Assembly (NCBI GenBank): GCA_964229535.1
Contig: CAXRDL010000054.1
Coordinates: 6,558 to 70,557, forward strand
Reading direction: 5' to 3'
Source of the DNA: Flavobacteriaceae bacterium
Lineage (GTDB): Bacteria; Bacteroidota; Bacteroidia; Flavobacteriales; Flavobacteriaceae
Length of the DNA stretch: 64,000 nucleotides
Shown: positions 22,663 through 33,192 of the stretch, one piece after another
How positions within the stretch are numbered: the first letter of the stretch is position 1
Layout of the letters: every line of letters starts with the position of its first letter
The notes under the pieces: generated by a model
What the model was told of the DNA's origin: nothing
The model's database searches: none
Seen by the model: the letters and a program-made list of their open reading frames with translations, nothing else
Position numbers and translations under genes: made by a program

Positions 22663-25119
22663 ATGGGAAAAACAAAACTAATCTCACTAGATGACCTATC
22701 ATTAGAGGAATTGGAAGTTGATGCGGAATTAATTCCATTAATGACCACTGACGATGAGGAGGCAATTTCAAAAGAGCCCATTCCAGAAGTAATTCCAATT
22801 TTACCTTTGCGAAACACGGTGTTGTTTCCTGGGGTTGTGATTCCAATAACAGCCACTCGTGACAAATCGATTCAATTGATTCGTGATGCCAATACATCTA
22901 ATAAACTGATTGGAGTTGTCGCACAGCTCGATTCATCGGTGCAATCCCCTGATCAAAACGATCTTCACAAGGTTGGCACACTTGCTCGAATCCTTCGAGT
23001 TTTACAAATGCCAGATGGGAATACCACGGTTATTTTACAGGGAAAGAAACGCTTTCAGATTGAGAGTTTTATAGAATCATCGAATTATCTGAAAGCTAAA
23101 GTTTCAGAACTTCCAGATGAGCGACCTGCTAAAGGAGATAAAGAGTTTGCTGCTGTTATTGATTCGATTAAGGATTTGTCCCTACAAATCATAGCTGACA
23201 GTCCTAATATTCCATCAGAAGCGTCTTTTGCAATCAACAATATTAAAAGTGAGTCTTTTTTGGTCAATTTTGTTTCCTCCAATATGAGTATGGCAACCAC
23301 TGACAAACAAGAGATTCTCCAAAGCAACAATCTCCATACTCGTGCACTGCTTTGTTTGAAGCACATGGATGTGGAGTTTCAAAAGCTATCCTTGAAAAAT
23401 GAAGTGCAGTCTAAAGTTCGTAATGATTTAGATCAGCAACAGCGTGAATACTTTCTTCATCAGCAAATGAAAACCATTCAAGAAGAATTGGGTGGTGCCT
23501 CATCCCATCAGGATGTTTCTGAAATTAAAACACGCTCTCTGAAAAAGAAATGGAGTAAAAAGGTAAAAACTCATTTCGATAAAGAATTGGCAAAGCTTGA
23601 GCGGATGAACTCTCAAGTTGCTGAATATGGCGTTCAACGAAACTATTTAGAATTGTTACTCGATCTGCCTTGGGATGAGTTTTCGAAGGATAATTTTGAT
23701 TTAAAGCGTGCTCAGCGTATTCTTGACCGAGATCACTTTGGCTTAGAAGAGGTCAAAAAGAGAATCATTGAGTTTTTGGCAGTTTTAAAACTTCGAAACG
23801 ACATGAAGTCTCCCATTTTATGCTTGACTGGGCCTCCGGGAGTCGGAAAAACATCTTTGGGTAAATCGATTGCCGAAGCTCTTGGCAGAGAATATGTACG
23901 CATTTCCCTTGGTGGGATGCGAGATGAAGCCGAAATCCGAGGTCACCGAAAAACCTACATTGGCGCAATGCCAGGTAGAATTTTGCAAAATATCAAAAAG
24001 GCAGGCACATCAAATCCCGTTTTTGTTCTCGATGAGATTGATAAGCTTTCGTCTGGAGCTAATGGCGACCCTTCGTCGGCTTTACTTGAAGTGCTTGATC
24101 CAGAGCAAAACAGTGAATTTTATGACAACTTCTTGGAGTTGGGTTACGATCTTTCAAAAGTGCTGTTTATCGCAACTTCAAACACATTGTCCACAATACA
24201 ACCCGCTTTGTTAGATCGAATGGAAATCATCCGTGTGAGTGGATATACTCTCGAGGAAAAAGTTTCCATTGGAAACAAATACCTTGTACCCAAACAAATC
24301 AAGGAACACGGCTTGACGACAAAAGACATTAAAATCGGAAAGCCTGTTTTGAAGAAACTGATTTCTGGATATACGCGCGAGTCTGGCGTACGTGGTCTTG
24401 ATAAGACCATTGCGAAAGTGATTCGAAACCGAGCGAAGTCCATTGCCCTCGAAGAAACATTTGAAACAGTATTTGAAGCAAAGCATGTTGAAACGGTTTT
24501 AGGGCCTGAAAAAATTTCAATGAATGCTTATGAAAACAATGATGTTCCAGGTGTTGTCACGGGCCTTGCATGGACACAGATGGGCGGCGATATTTTGTTT
24601 ATTGAGTCTCTGATCACAAAAGGGTCTGGCAAGCTTTCCTTGACTGGAAACTTGGGTAAAGTCATGAAAGAATCAGCGACAATCGCATTAGAGTTTATCA
24701 AATCTTACGCGGACCAACTCGGTACGAGTGCTGAAGAATTGAATACATACAATTTTCATATTCACGTACCCGAAGGAGCAACTCCCAAGGACGGACCAAG
24801 TGCGGGAATTACGATGTTGACCTCACTGGTTTCTGCTGTGACTCGCAGAAAGGTAAAAAGTCGAATTGCGATGTCAGGGGAGATAACCTTAAGAGGAAAA
24901 GTACTCCCAGTAGGAGGGATTAAAGAAAAAATTCTCGCTGCAAAGCGTGCAAATGTGAAGACGATTATTTTGTGTGCTGAAAACAAAAAAGATGTAGAAG
25001 AAATCAACCAAAACTACCTTCGTGGCTTACAGTTTCAGTATGTTTCTTCCATGATTGATGTAATTGATTTTGCATTGACATCTCAAAAAGCGACAAATCA
25101 ACTCCGCAAAATCAAATAA
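22663..25119 (+). CDS. lon: ATP-dependent endopeptidase Lon (La)
   Basis: 818 aa. Walker A GPPGVGKTS, Walker B VFVLDEIDK, and protease serine motif PKDGPSAGITM. Confidence 0.95.
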   Translation: MGKTKLISLDDLSLEELEVDAELIPLMTTDDEEAISKEPIPEVIPILPLRNTVLFPGVVIPITATRDKSIQLIRDANTSNKLIGVVAQLDSSVQSPDQNDLHKVGTLARILRVLQMPDGNTTVILQGKKRFQIESFIESSNYLKAKVSELPDERPAKGDKEFAAVIDSIKDLSLQIIADSPNIPSEASFAINNIKSESFLVNFVSSNMSMATTDKQEILQSNNLHTRALLCLKHMDVEFQKLSLKNEVQSKVRNDLDQQQREYFLHQQMKTIQEELGGASSHQDVSEIKTRSLKKKWSKKVKTHFDKELAKLERMNSQVAEYGVQRNYLELLLDLPWDEFSKDNFDLKRAQRILDRDHFGLEEVKKRIIEFLAVLKLRNDMKSPILCLTGPPGVGKTSLGKSIAEALGREYVRISLGGMRDEAEIRGHRKTYIGAMPGRILQNIKKAGTSNPVFVLDEIDKLSSGANGDPSSALLEVLDPEQNSEFYDNFLELGYDLSKVLFIATSNTLSTIQPALLDRMEIIRVSGYTLEEKVSIGNKYLVPKQIKEHGLTTKDIKIGKPVLKKLISGYTRESGVRGLDKTIAKVIRNRAKSIALEETFETVFEAKHVETVLGPEKISMNAYENNDVPGVVTGLAWTQMGGDILFIESLITKGSGKLSLTGNLGKVMKESATIALEFIKSYADQLGTSAEELNTYNFHIHVPEGATPKDGPSAGITMLTSLVSAVTRRKVKSRIAMSGEITLRGKVLPVGGIKEKILAAKRANVKTIILCAENKKDVEEINQNYLRGLQFQYVSSMIDVIDFALTSQKATNQLRKIK

Positions 25120-25147
25120 TTTTCAATCCTATACGTTTCTTGTCTAT

Positions 25148-26155
25148 ATGAGGCTGATTGCAATTTGCACTTTTTTGTGTTGTTCGTCCATATCTGCTCA
25201 AATCGGTGGATCAAACACCTATCAATTTTTAGAGTTATCTCCGAGCCCAAGGCATATGGCTTTGGGGACATGGGTTTCGACCTTATCTCCAAACTCCATC
25301 CACAGTGCTTTGGTAAATCCAGCAATGGTTTCGGATTCCATACAGGGTCAAGTCGTATTGAACTACCAGCCCTATTTTGCGGGAATTAACCGTGGTACCG
25401 CAGCTGCTGTTTTTGGTTTAAAAGAAGGACGTTCCATTTTAGTAGACACCCGATTTATACATTATGAGACATTTGATGAAACGAATACTTTTGGAGAGAA
25501 AATAGGGGAATTCTCGGGGAATGAAGTTGCTCTGAGCGTAGCTTATGCGCACCATTTTCCTTCCAAAAATCTCTTTGTGGGGGCAAGGTTAAACCTGATT
25601 AGCTCAACGCTAGCAGAATACAATTCAACTGGGTTTACGGCGGATTTGGGACTGTATCATACTCCGCCATCTTCTCGTTACCGATTTGGCTTGGTCGCTC
25701 GCAATATTGGATCGCAACTCAGCACGTATGATAGTGTAAAAGAAAGTATTCCGTTTTCTTTGTCATTCGGCATTTCGAATGAACTTCAGTATCTCCCTCT
25801 CCGTTGGCACTTATCGATTGATCATCTACAAAACTGGAAACTTGCCTATGTTAACCCCAATCAGCAACAAACTAATTTTGAAGGAGAGTTGGTAGATGAA
25901 AACCCAAATTTTTTCGACGAATTGTTCAGACACTTTGTCTTTGGTGCTGAGCTATTTCCTAATCGAGCATTTTCCATACAGATCGGATATAACTTTTTAC
26001 GATCAGCAGAACTTTCAATTGCCGAAGTCCGAAGTTTTTCAGGTTTGAGTTTTGGCTTTGGGATCAATTTGCGAAAATTCAGGTTTAATTACAGTCATGC
26101 ACGTTTTAGTGCTGCTGGAAATACTAATTTTTTAGGCCTTACCTTTACACCCTGA
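25148..26155 (+). CDS. porQ: PorQ-like T9SS outer membrane beta-barrel protein
   Basis: Signal peptide ending SISAQ, then IGGSNTYQFLELSPSPRHMALG...NPAMV, which matches my memory of the PorQ family N-terminus. Beta-barrel-like alternating pattern with a C-terminal aromatic-rich end. Confidence 0.6.
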   Translation: MRLIAICTFLCCSSISAQIGGSNTYQFLELSPSPRHMALGTWVSTLSPNSIHSALVNPAMVSDSIQGQVVLNYQPYFAGINRGTAAAVFGLKEGRSILVDTRFIHYETFDETNTFGEKIGEFSGNEVALSVAYAHHFPSKNLFVGARLNLISSTLAEYNSTGFTADLGLYHTPPSSRYRFGLVARNIGSQLSTYDSVKESIPFSLSFGISNELQYLPLRWHLSIDHLQNWKLAYVNPNQQQTNFEGELVDENPNFFDELFRHFVFGAELFPNRAFSIQIGYNFLRSAELSIAEVRSFSGLSFGFGINLRKFRFNYSHARFSAAGNTNFLGLTFTP

Positions 26156-26827
26156 ATGGATAGCATCATTATTACAATAGACGGAGCTTCATCAACTGGT
26201 AAAAGTTCTTTGGCAAAGGCCATTGCCAAATATTACGGTTTCAAACACATTGACTCTGGCGCGATGTATCGCGCATTGACCTTTTATGCACAGGATCACA
26301 ATCTTCTTAACGATCATAAATTTGACGTTGATACGCTAATCGATCACTTGCCAACCATTGATATAGATTTTACCAATGCGGATGAAATCACGCTAAACGG
26401 TAAAATTATCGAGGATCAAGTTCGCTCAATGGAGGTTTCCAATAAGGTTAGCTTAGTGGCAAAAGAACCGTTATTTCGACAATTTATGGTGGCCAAGCAA
26501 AGGCAATTGGGTGAAAAAGGAAGTGTTGTCATGGACGGTAGAGATATTGGCAGTGTAGTATTTCCCAATGCGACAATCAAATTCTTCCTTGAAGCTTTGA
26601 TGGAAGTTCGAACCAATCGAAGATACGCAGAGCTAATCGAAAAGGGAGAGCAGGTTTCTGTAGAAGAAGTTCAAGCTAACATTGCAAAACGTGACCATAT
26701 TGATTCCAGCAGAGACGATTCCCCTCTCATTATTCCAGAGAATGCGATTGTGTTAAGCAATGACAAAGAGGGCTTAACTGGCCTTTTCAATATTGCCACT
26801 GCAGAAATAGATAAACATTTACTATAA
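26156..26827 (+). CDS. cmk: Cytidylate kinase
   Basis: 223 aa with P-loop IDGASSTGKSS and DSGAMYR. Confidence 0.9.
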   Translation: MDSIIITIDGASSTGKSSLAKAIAKYYGFKHIDSGAMYRALTFYAQDHNLLNDHKFDVDTLIDHLPTIDIDFTNADEITLNGKIIEDQVRSMEVSNKVSLVAKEPLFRQFMVAKQRQLGEKGSVVMDGRDIGSVVFPNATIKFFLEALMEVRTNRRYAELIEKGEQVSVEEVQANIAKRDHIDSSRDDSPLIIPENAIVLSNDKEGLTGLFNIATAEIDKHLL

Positions 26828-26844
26828 ACTTTAGGGTCTATTTA

Positions 26845-26875
26845 TTTGCTTGTCTCTTGAAAAGGGTTAATTTTG
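26845..26875 (+). promoter_or_regulatory. Putative Bacteroidota sigma-A promoter of rpsA (TTTG-N19-TAATTTTG)
   Basis: TTTG at 26845-26848 and TAATTTTG at 26868-26875 match the published Bacteroides/Flavobacterium consensus TTTG / TAnnTTTG, with 19-nt spacing. Confidence 0.45.
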
Positions 26876-26881
26876 CCAACC

Positions 26882-26969
26882 CTAAGGGAAGCGTCAGATA
26901 GAAAATACCCCTTAGTTTATTTGATAACCGCTTTTGTTGCTTGACGCCAATTTTCTAAAAGCAACAAAA
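26882..26969 (+). promoter_or_regulatory. Structured rpsA 5' leader (two hairpins)
   Basis: Hairpin 1 pairs CTAAGGG (26882-26888) with CCCTTAG (26909-26915). Hairpin 2 pairs TTTTGTTGCTT (26932-26942) with AAGCAACAAAA (26959-26969), 11 perfect bp, and ends 16 nt before the ATG. Confidence 0.4.
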
Positions 26970-26985
26970 TACAAAACTTAAAATC

Positions 26986-28827
26986 ATGACTACTGATCAT
27001 GTAAACGAGGAAGCTCAAGTAGAAAACGCCGAGCCCTCTACATCGGACACCGAGACAAACGATTCTCAGTCCACCACACAATTTTCCGAAGAGTTCTTAG
27101 CAAATTTTGATTGGGTTTCTTACCAAGAAGCTGCAGAAACTGTAGACGAAAAGAAGTACAAGGAATTTGAAAAGCTTGTACACGAGAACTTTGTAGACAC
27201 CCAGCACACAGATGTAATTCAAGGTACAGTTACACACATGACTGACCGTGAGGCCATTATTGATATCAATGCGAAATCTGAGGGTGTTATTTCATTAAAT
27301 GAATTTAGATATAACCCCGATTTAAAAGTTGGCGACAGTGTTGAAGTCATTGTTGACATTCGCGAAGACAAAACGGGACAGTTGGTCTTGTCACATCGAA
27401 AAGCTCGTGTGATCAAAGCGTGGGATCGAGTGAATGAAGCCCATGATAAAGGCGAAGTTGTTACTGGTTTTGTCAAATGTCGTACCAAAGGGGGTATGAT
27501 TGTTGACGTATTCGGAATCGAGGCGTTTTTACCTGGCTCACAGATTGATGTGAAACCAATCCGTGACTATGACCAATACGTGAGTAAAAACATGGAATTC
27601 AAGATTGTAAAAATCAATCACGAATTTAAGAATGTTGTAGTTTCTCACAAGGCACTGATCGAAGCGGATATTGAAGAACAGAAAAAGGAAATCATCGGTC
27701 AGCTCGAAAAAGGACAAGTTCTTGAAGGAACTGTCAAAAACATCACTTCTTACGGAGTATTCATCGACCTGGGAGGAGTTGACGGGCTTGTTCACATTAC
27801 AGATTTGTCTTGGAATCGAATCAATCATCCCGGAGAAATTCTTGAACTCGATCAAAAACTCAATGTTGTTATTCTTGACTTCGATGATGATAAATCACGT
27901 ATTCAATTGGGAGTAAAACAATTGAGTCAACATCCATGGGAAGCGCTTAGCGAAGACCTTAAAGAGGGAGACATCGTTGACGGAAAAGTTGCTGTAATTG
28001 CTGATTACGGAGCTTTTATCGAAATCGCACCTGGTGTTGAAGGTCTTGTTCACGTTTCTGAAATGTCTTGGAGCACACACATGCGCTCTGCGCAAGACTT
28101 TGTAAACGTTGGTGACGAGGTTAGAGTTTCCATTTTGTCACTCGATCGCGAAGATCGAAAAATGTCATTGGGTATGAAGCAACTTTCTGCAGACCCGTGG
28201 ACGGATATCACATCGAAATATCCTGTTGGTTCGAAGCACAAAGGTGTGATTAGAAACTTCACAAACTTTGGTGTATTTGTAGAGCTTGAGGAGGGTATCG
28301 ACGGATTGATCTACATCTCTGAGTTGTCATGGACCAAAAAAGTAAAGCACCCATCTGAGGTAGTTACAGTTGGTCAAGACTTGGAAGTTGTCGTTCTTGA
28401 ATTGGACGTTGACGGTAGAAAGCTCAGCCTCGGTCATAAGCAAATCCAAGATAATCCTTGGAATAAATATGAAAGTGAGTTTTCTGAGGGAACTCTCGTT
28501 GACTCATCGATTCATGAAATTGTAGACAAAGGAGCAACGGTCATTCTCAACTATGATATTACTGCTTTTGTTCCCAATCGTCATCTTGAAAAAGAAGACG
28601 GAAATAAACTGAAAAAGGGAGAATCTGCTGAGTTCAAGGTCATTGAATTCAACAAGGATTACAAGCGTGTGGTACTATCACATAGTGCAGTTTACAAAGA
28701 GATGGAGCAAGAAATCGTAAAAAAAGCAAAGAAGAAAGCTGCCGCCAAAACGGAGGTTTCAACTCTTGGTGATATAGATGCCTTAGCTGATCTCAAAAAG
28801 AAGATGAACGAAGAAGAAAATGGCTAG
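26986..28827 (+). CDS. rpsA: 30S ribosomal protein S1
   Basis: 613 aa with six S1 repeats (for example GxVxxxxxxGxFVxL-type GTVKNITSYGVFIDLGG, GKVAVIADYGAFIEIAPG, GVIRNFTNFGVFVELEEG). Acidic N-terminal extension. Confidence 0.95.
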   Translation: MTTDHVNEEAQVENAEPSTSDTETNDSQSTTQFSEEFLANFDWVSYQEAAETVDEKKYKEFEKLVHENFVDTQHTDVIQGTVTHMTDREAIIDINAKSEGVISLNEFRYNPDLKVGDSVEVIVDIREDKTGQLVLSHRKARVIKAWDRVNEAHDKGEVVTGFVKCRTKGGMIVDVFGIEAFLPGSQIDVKPIRDYDQYVSKNMEFKIVKINHEFKNVVVSHKALIEADIEEQKKEIIGQLEKGQVLEGTVKNITSYGVFIDLGGVDGLVHITDLSWNRINHPGEILELDQKLNVVILDFDDDKSRIQLGVKQLSQHPWEALSEDLKEGDIVDGKVAVIADYGAFIEIAPGVEGLVHVSEMSWSTHMRSAQDFVNVGDEVRVSILSLDREDRKMSLGMKQLSADPWTDITSKYPVGSKHKGVIRNFTNFGVFVELEEGIDGLIYISELSWTKKVKHPSEVVTVGQDLEVVVLELDVDGRKLSLGHKQIQDNPWNKYESEFSEGTLVDSSIHEIVDKGATVILNYDITAFVPNRHLEKEDGNKLKKGESAEFKVIEFNKDYKRVVLSHSAVYKEMEQEIVKKAKKKAAAKTEVSTLGDIDALADLKKKMNEEENG

Positions 28828-28854
28828 TATTAGTCTTTCTACTGTTTAGAAATT

Positions 28855-28880
28855 AAGGCGCTATTTTAGCGCCTTTTTTT
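28855..28880. terminator. Bidirectional intrinsic terminator between convergent rpsA and leuB
   Basis: AAGGCGCTA (28855-28863) / loop TTT / TAGCGCCTT (28867-28875), followed by a T-run on the plus strand and preceded by an AA-rich stretch. The T-run overlaps the leuB stop codon. Confidence 0.7.
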
Positions 28881-29940
28881 ATGCAAGAATGATGTTGCTG
28901 ATATACGATCCAACCTCTGCTGTTGTGGAACTTTGATCAGGTGTGATGTCGGGAGTTCCGATATCACTGTTTATGGTTTTTTGTACTGCATCACGAATGG
29001 CATTGGCTTCTTGAGCCATATCAAAGTGATCGAGCATCATCGCAGCTGACAAAATTGTAGCAATCGGATTGGCAATTCCTTTTCCTTTGCCTTGCGGAAA
29101 GGAACCATGAATCGGTTCAAATAGCGCATACCGATCCCCAATGGAAGCAGAAGCCAACAAACCAATTGATCCACCAATTACACTTGCTTCGTCTGAAATG
29201 ATATCACCAAACAGATTTCCAGTCAATATAACATCAAATTGAGCAGGGTTTAATACCATTTGCATGGCTGCGTTATCGACAAATAGAAAATCCAATTCAA
29301 CGTCACTGTACTCTTTGCTGTGTAGCTCGGTCACCACACTTCTCCACAACCGAGAGGAGGCGAGAACATTTGCTTTGTCAACCAATGTCAGTTTATTTTT
29401 GCGCTTCGCAGCAGCTTTAAAGGCAAGATGGGCTACTCGTAAAATTTCTTCTTTGGAATACGTACACAAATCAGATGCAATCCCTTTTTCATCCGCTTCT
29501 TTCTTTTGACCAAAATAAATCCCTCCTGTTAATTCCCGATAGATCACTAAATCCACTCCTTCAATTCGATCTCGCTTTAGTGGTGAACTTTCGATAAGAC
29601 GATCGTAGATTGTAACAGGACGCACGTTGCAATACAGATTTAATGTTTTTCGAAGAGCTAGAAGTCCTTGTTCGGGACGTACTTTTGCATTGGGGTCATT
29701 ATCATATTTCGGGTCTCCTATTGCTCCAAATAATATTGCATCGTTGGATTTGCAAATCTCAATGGTTTTTTCAGGAAGTGGGTTGCCAGTTGCGTCAATG
29801 GCAACCGCACCCATCATTGCGTGCTCGAAGCTGAAAGAGTGGTTGTACTTTTTTTCGATTGCTTGTAAAACCTTTACGGCTTCTGTAATGATTTCGGGGC
29901 CAATCCCATCTCCAGCTAAAACGGCAATTTTTTTATGCAT
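28879..29940 (-). CDS. leuB: 3-isopropylmalate dehydrogenase
   Basis: 353 aa. Motifs [12 protein letters not shown] and [12 protein letters not shown]. Confidence 0.95.
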   Translation of the reverse strand: MHKKIAVLAGDGIGPEIITEAVKVLQAIEKKYNHSFSFEHAMMGAVAIDATGNPLPEKTIEICKSNDAILFGAIGDPKYDNDPNAKVRPEQGLLALRKTLNLYCNVRPVTIYDRLIESSPLKRDRIEGVDLVIYRELTGGIYFGQKKEADEKGIASDLCTYSKEEILRVAHLAFKAAAKRKNKLTLVDKANVLASSRLWRSVVTELHSKEYSDVELDFLFVDNAAMQMVLNPAQFDVILTGNLFGDIISDEASVIGGSIGLLASASIGDRYALFEPIHGSFPQGKGKGIANPIATILSAAMMLDHFDMAQEANAIRDAVQKTINSDIGTPDITPDQSSTTAEVGSYISNIILA

Positions 29941-30523
29941 TTCGTTTCCTTTCGAATTCTTCTATTTTATGCTTATTGTTGATCAAATAATCAATATCGT
30001 CATAGCCATTGATTAAACAGGTTTTTTTGTAGCTGTTAATCTCAAAGTCGATATGCAAATCAATAGAGGGGATTTCAATATATTGACCCACCAAATCTAC
30101 AATAAATTCGCAGTTGGGATTTTCGGTTATGGCTTCAAAAATTGTTTGGAGTTGGCTGTCGCTAACTTGGATAGGAAGCAGTCCGTTGTTCAGGGCATTC
30201 TCCTTGAAAATATCAGCAAAGAAACTAGAAATTACCACCTTAAATCCATAATCTGTCAATGCCCAAGCAGCATGTTCACGACTCGATCCACAACCAAAAT
30301 TATTTCCAGCGACAAGGATAGGTCCTGCAAAAGTAGGATTGTTCAAAACAAAATCAGCGATAGGCTTGTTGTTTTCATCAAATCGCCAGTCACGAAACAG
30401 GTTTTCACCAAATCCTTCACGATCGGTCGCCTTTAAAAAACGGGCTGGGATGATTTGGTCTGTATCAACGTTTTCGATATCTAACGGAATGGCAGTTTGT
30501 TCTAGTCGGGTAAACTTTTCCAT
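29933..30523 (-). CDS. leuD: 3-isopropylmalate dehydratase small subunit
   Basis: 196 aa with [17 protein letters not shown]. Confidence 0.95.
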   Translation of the reverse strand: MEKFTRLEQTAIPLDIENVDTDQIIPARFLKATDREGFGENLFRDWRFDENNKPIADFVLNNPTFAGPILVAGNNFGCGSSREHAAWALTDYGFKVVISSFFADIFKENALNNGLLPIQVSDSQLQTIFEAITENPNCEFIVDLVGQYIEIPSIDLHIDFEINSYKKTCLINGYDDIDYLINNKHKIEEFERKRNA

Positions 30524-31899
30524 TATAATTGGGTTATATCTACGATTTTACCTTCAATAGCGGCCGCAACTGCAGTGAGTGGGCTTGCTAAAATTGTACG
30601 AGCTCCGGGGCCTTGTCTCCCTTCAAAATTTCGATTCGAGGTGGAAACACAGTATTCTCCAGCTGGTATTTTATCATCGTTCATCGCCAAACAGGCAGAG
30701 CAACCAGGTTGACGGATCAAAAAGCCTGCTTCTTCAAATATTATACCTAAGCCCTCGTCTTGAATTTGCTTGGCAACTTGCTGTGAGCCAGGAACGATGA
30801 GAGCATTTACATTTTCCGCTTTTTTCTTCCCCTTGATATAGTCAGAGGCAACCCTAAAATCCTCGATTCTTGAGTTGGTGCAACTACCGATAAACACGTA
30901 GTTTATGGGCAGATTGTTAAGCGTATCCCCTTGATTAAACCCCATATATTCCAAAGACTTTTGGAAGGATTCCTTTTGCGATGAGGGGATTTGTTCTTGT
31001 ATTCCAATTCCCATGCCTGGATTTGTCCCGTAGGTAATCATAGGACCGATTTCAGTTGCATCAAAGCTGTATTCTTTGTCAAACGACGAATCAGGATCTG
31101 AGGGTAGGGATTTCCAATATTTGAGTTTTTGTTGCCACTCTGCTTTTGAAGGCGCAAATTCCCGACCTTCAATATAGTCGTACGTTGTTTGGTCAGGTGC
31201 GATCATGCCTCCACGTGCACCCATTTCAATACTCATGTTACAGACCGTCATTCGGCCCTCCATACTCATATTTTCAAATACTTCACCTGCATATTCAACA
31301 AAGTAGCCAGTCCCTGAATCTGTACCGAGTTGGGCAATAATGTAGAGAATGACATCTTTTGGATGAACTCCTTTCTTGAGTTCACCATTAACAATAATTC
31401 GCATGCTTTTTGGCTTACTCACCAACAAGCATTGACTTGCAAAAACTTGAGCAACTTGACTGGTTCCAATTCCAAAAGCGATCGATCCAAACGCGCCATG
31501 CGTTGAAGTATGGCTATCTCCACATACCATAGTCATACCAGGTTGTGTAATCCCCAATTCTGGACCGATGACATGCACGATTCCTTGATAAGGGTGACCT
31601 AAGCCATAAAGTTCAATGTCGTGTTCTTCGCAGTTCTTACGCAATTTCGCTACCTGATTTCTAGACAACTCATCTTTTATGGGTAAATGTTGGTTGAGTG
31701 TTGGCACGTTGTGATCAACAGTTGCTACAATTTGTTGCGGTCTGAAAACTGGAATGTTTTTATCGTTAAGGACAGAAAATGCTTGTGGACTTGTCACTTC
31801 ATGGATCAGATGCTTGTCGATGTATAAAATATCAGGGCCGTCTTTCAGTTGATCGACGACATGGCTATCCCAAACCTTGTCAAAGAGTGTTTTCCCCAT
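30523..31899 (-). CDS. leuC: 3-isopropylmalate dehydratase large subunit
   Basis: 458 aa. Aconitase-family Fe-S ligand motifs VCGDSHT, GSCTNSR and PGCSACL. Confidence 0.95.
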   Translation of the reverse strand: MGKTLFDKVWDSHVVDQLKDGPDILYIDKHLIHEVTSPQAFSVLNDKNIPVFRPQQIVATVDHNVPTLNQHLPIKDELSRNQVAKLRKNCEEHDIELYGLGHPYQGIVHVIGPELGITQPGMTMVCGDSHTSTHGAFGSIAFGIGTSQVAQVFASQCLLVSKPKSMRIIVNGELKKGVHPKDVILYIIAQLGTDSGTGYFVEYAGEVFENMSMEGRMTVCNMSIEMGARGGMIAPDQTTYDYIEGREFAPSKAEWQQKLKYWKSLPSDPDSSFDKEYSFDATEIGPMITYGTNPGMGIGIQEQIPSSQKESFQKSLEYMGFNQGDTLNNLPINYVFIGSCTNSRIEDFRVASDYIKGKKKAENVNALIVPGSQQVAKQIQDEGLGIIFEEAGFLIRQPGCSACLAMNDDKIPAGEYCVSTSNRNFEGRQGPGARTILASPLTAVAAAIEGKIVDITQL

Positions 31900-31913
31900 T
31901 GTTTGTTGTTTTC

Positions 31914-33074
31914 CTATGCATTTAGATTCGCAAGATCAACAATTCTAGGAATATCATCGTCGTTGATTTCTTTGTGCGTATCTGCAAATTTCAAAAATTG
32001 TTCGTAAACTTTATCCAGTTGTAGTTTCGTGAGTTCGATTCCAATATTTTTAGCTCGATATGCAAGTGCTGCGCGGCCACTACGAGCGGTCAAGACAATT
32101 GCAGAGGTTTCAACACCAACATCATGCGGGTCTATGATTTCGTAGGTCTCTCTATTTTTTATGACACCATCCTGATGAATTCCAGAACTGTGTGCAAAAG
32201 CGTTTGCCCCAACGATTGCCTTATTGGCTTGTACACTCATCCCCATGGCGTCAGAAACCATTTGAGAAGTATTATACAAAAGCTTGGTATTGATATTTGT
32301 GTCTAGCTGAAGATGAGGGTGCTGACGCATAATCATCACAACCTCTTCTAGCGAGGTGTTTCCAGCACGTTCTCCGATTCCATTGATTGTACATTCAATT
32401 TGACGGGCTCCGTTGACAGCGCCCGCAATTGAATTTGCGGTAGCCAAACCTAGATCATTGTGGCAATGGCATGATATAATCGCTTTTTCAATCCCTTTTA
32501 CATTCTCGACCAAGTACTTGATTTTCGCACCATAATCTTCAGGCAAACAATAGCCGGTTGTATCTGGAATATTAAGAACGGTAGCCCCTGCCTTAATGAC
32601 CTCTTCACAAACTTTCGCAAGAAAATCATTATCGGTTCTGCCAGCATCTTCAGCATAGAACTCAATGTCCTCAACGTATTGTTTGGCGTGCTTGACAGCT
32701 CCGACTGCACGATCTATGATTTGTTCACGGTTGGCGTTAAACTTGTGCTTGATATGGGAGTCTGAAGTCCCAATACCAGTATGAATTCGAGGTCTTTTCG
32801 CATGTTTAAGGGCTTGTGCAGCAACATCGATATCTTTCGCCACAGCACGGGTCAAGCCACAAACGGATGCATTTGAAACGATCTTTGATATTTCTTCTAC
32901 GGAATGAAAGTCACCTGGACTAGAAATGGGAAATCCAGCTTCAATGACATCTACACCAAGCTCGTCAAGACGACTGGCAATATGAAGTTTTTGGTCTGTA
33001 TTTAGCTTACAACCGGGTACTTGTTCACCATCACGTAGGGTTGTGTCAAAAATGTGGACTTTGTCTTTCGCCAT
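31914..33074 (-). CDS. leuA: 2-isopropylmalate synthase, short form (386 aa, catalytic TIM barrel plus subdomain only)
   Basis: Motifs [23 protein letters not shown] and HSSGIHQDG. The protein ends about where the C-terminal LeuA allosteric (dimerisation) domain would begin in the roughly 500-aa forms. Confidence 0.85.
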   Translation of the reverse strand: MAKDKVHIFDTTLRDGEQVPGCKLNTDQKLHIASRLDELGVDVIEAGFPISSPGDFHSVEEISKIVSNASVCGLTRAVAKDIDVAAQALKHAKRPRIHTGIGTSDSHIKHKFNANREQIIDRAVGAVKHAKQYVEDIEFYAEDAGRTDNDFLAKVCEEVIKAGATVLNIPDTTGYCLPEDYGAKIKYLVENVKGIEKAIISCHCHNDLGLATANSIAGAVNGARQIECTINGIGERAGNTSLEEVVMIMRQHPHLQLDTNINTKLLYNTSQMVSDAMGMSVQANKAIVGANAFAHSSGIHQDGVIKNRETYEIIDPHDVGVETSAIVLTARSGRAALAYRAKNIGIELTKLQLDKVYEQFLKFADTHKEINDDDIPRIVDLANLNA

Positions 33075-33144
33075 AGGATTTACCTAACGATTAGGATAGA
33101 CAAATTTAATTTAAAAATATGGCCCAGAAAAATGTATATTTATG

Positions 33145-33156
33145 AATTGCGCAATT
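33145..33156. promoter_or_regulatory. Perfect 12-bp palindrome AATTGCGCAATT in the leuA / orf514 divergent promoter region
   Basis: Read directly. It is the only GC-containing core in an otherwise AT-rich 118-nt intergenic region. Confidence 0.3.
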
Positions 33157-33192
33157 TTAATTTTTTTTCGATTGACTTGATGAATTTTTTCT

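Noticed and set aside
26829-26888. TTAGGGT ... ACCCTAA pairing after cmk as a possible terminator
   Set aside because: The roughly 40-nt loop contains the predicted rpsA promoter, and there is no T-run. The 3' arm is better explained as part of the first rpsA leader hairpin.
33075-33192. Leucine leader-peptide attenuator or T-box upstream of leuA
   Set aside because: There is no small ORF with consecutive Leu codons and no terminator/antiterminator pair on the minus strand. Only short palindromes are present, and these are reported separately.
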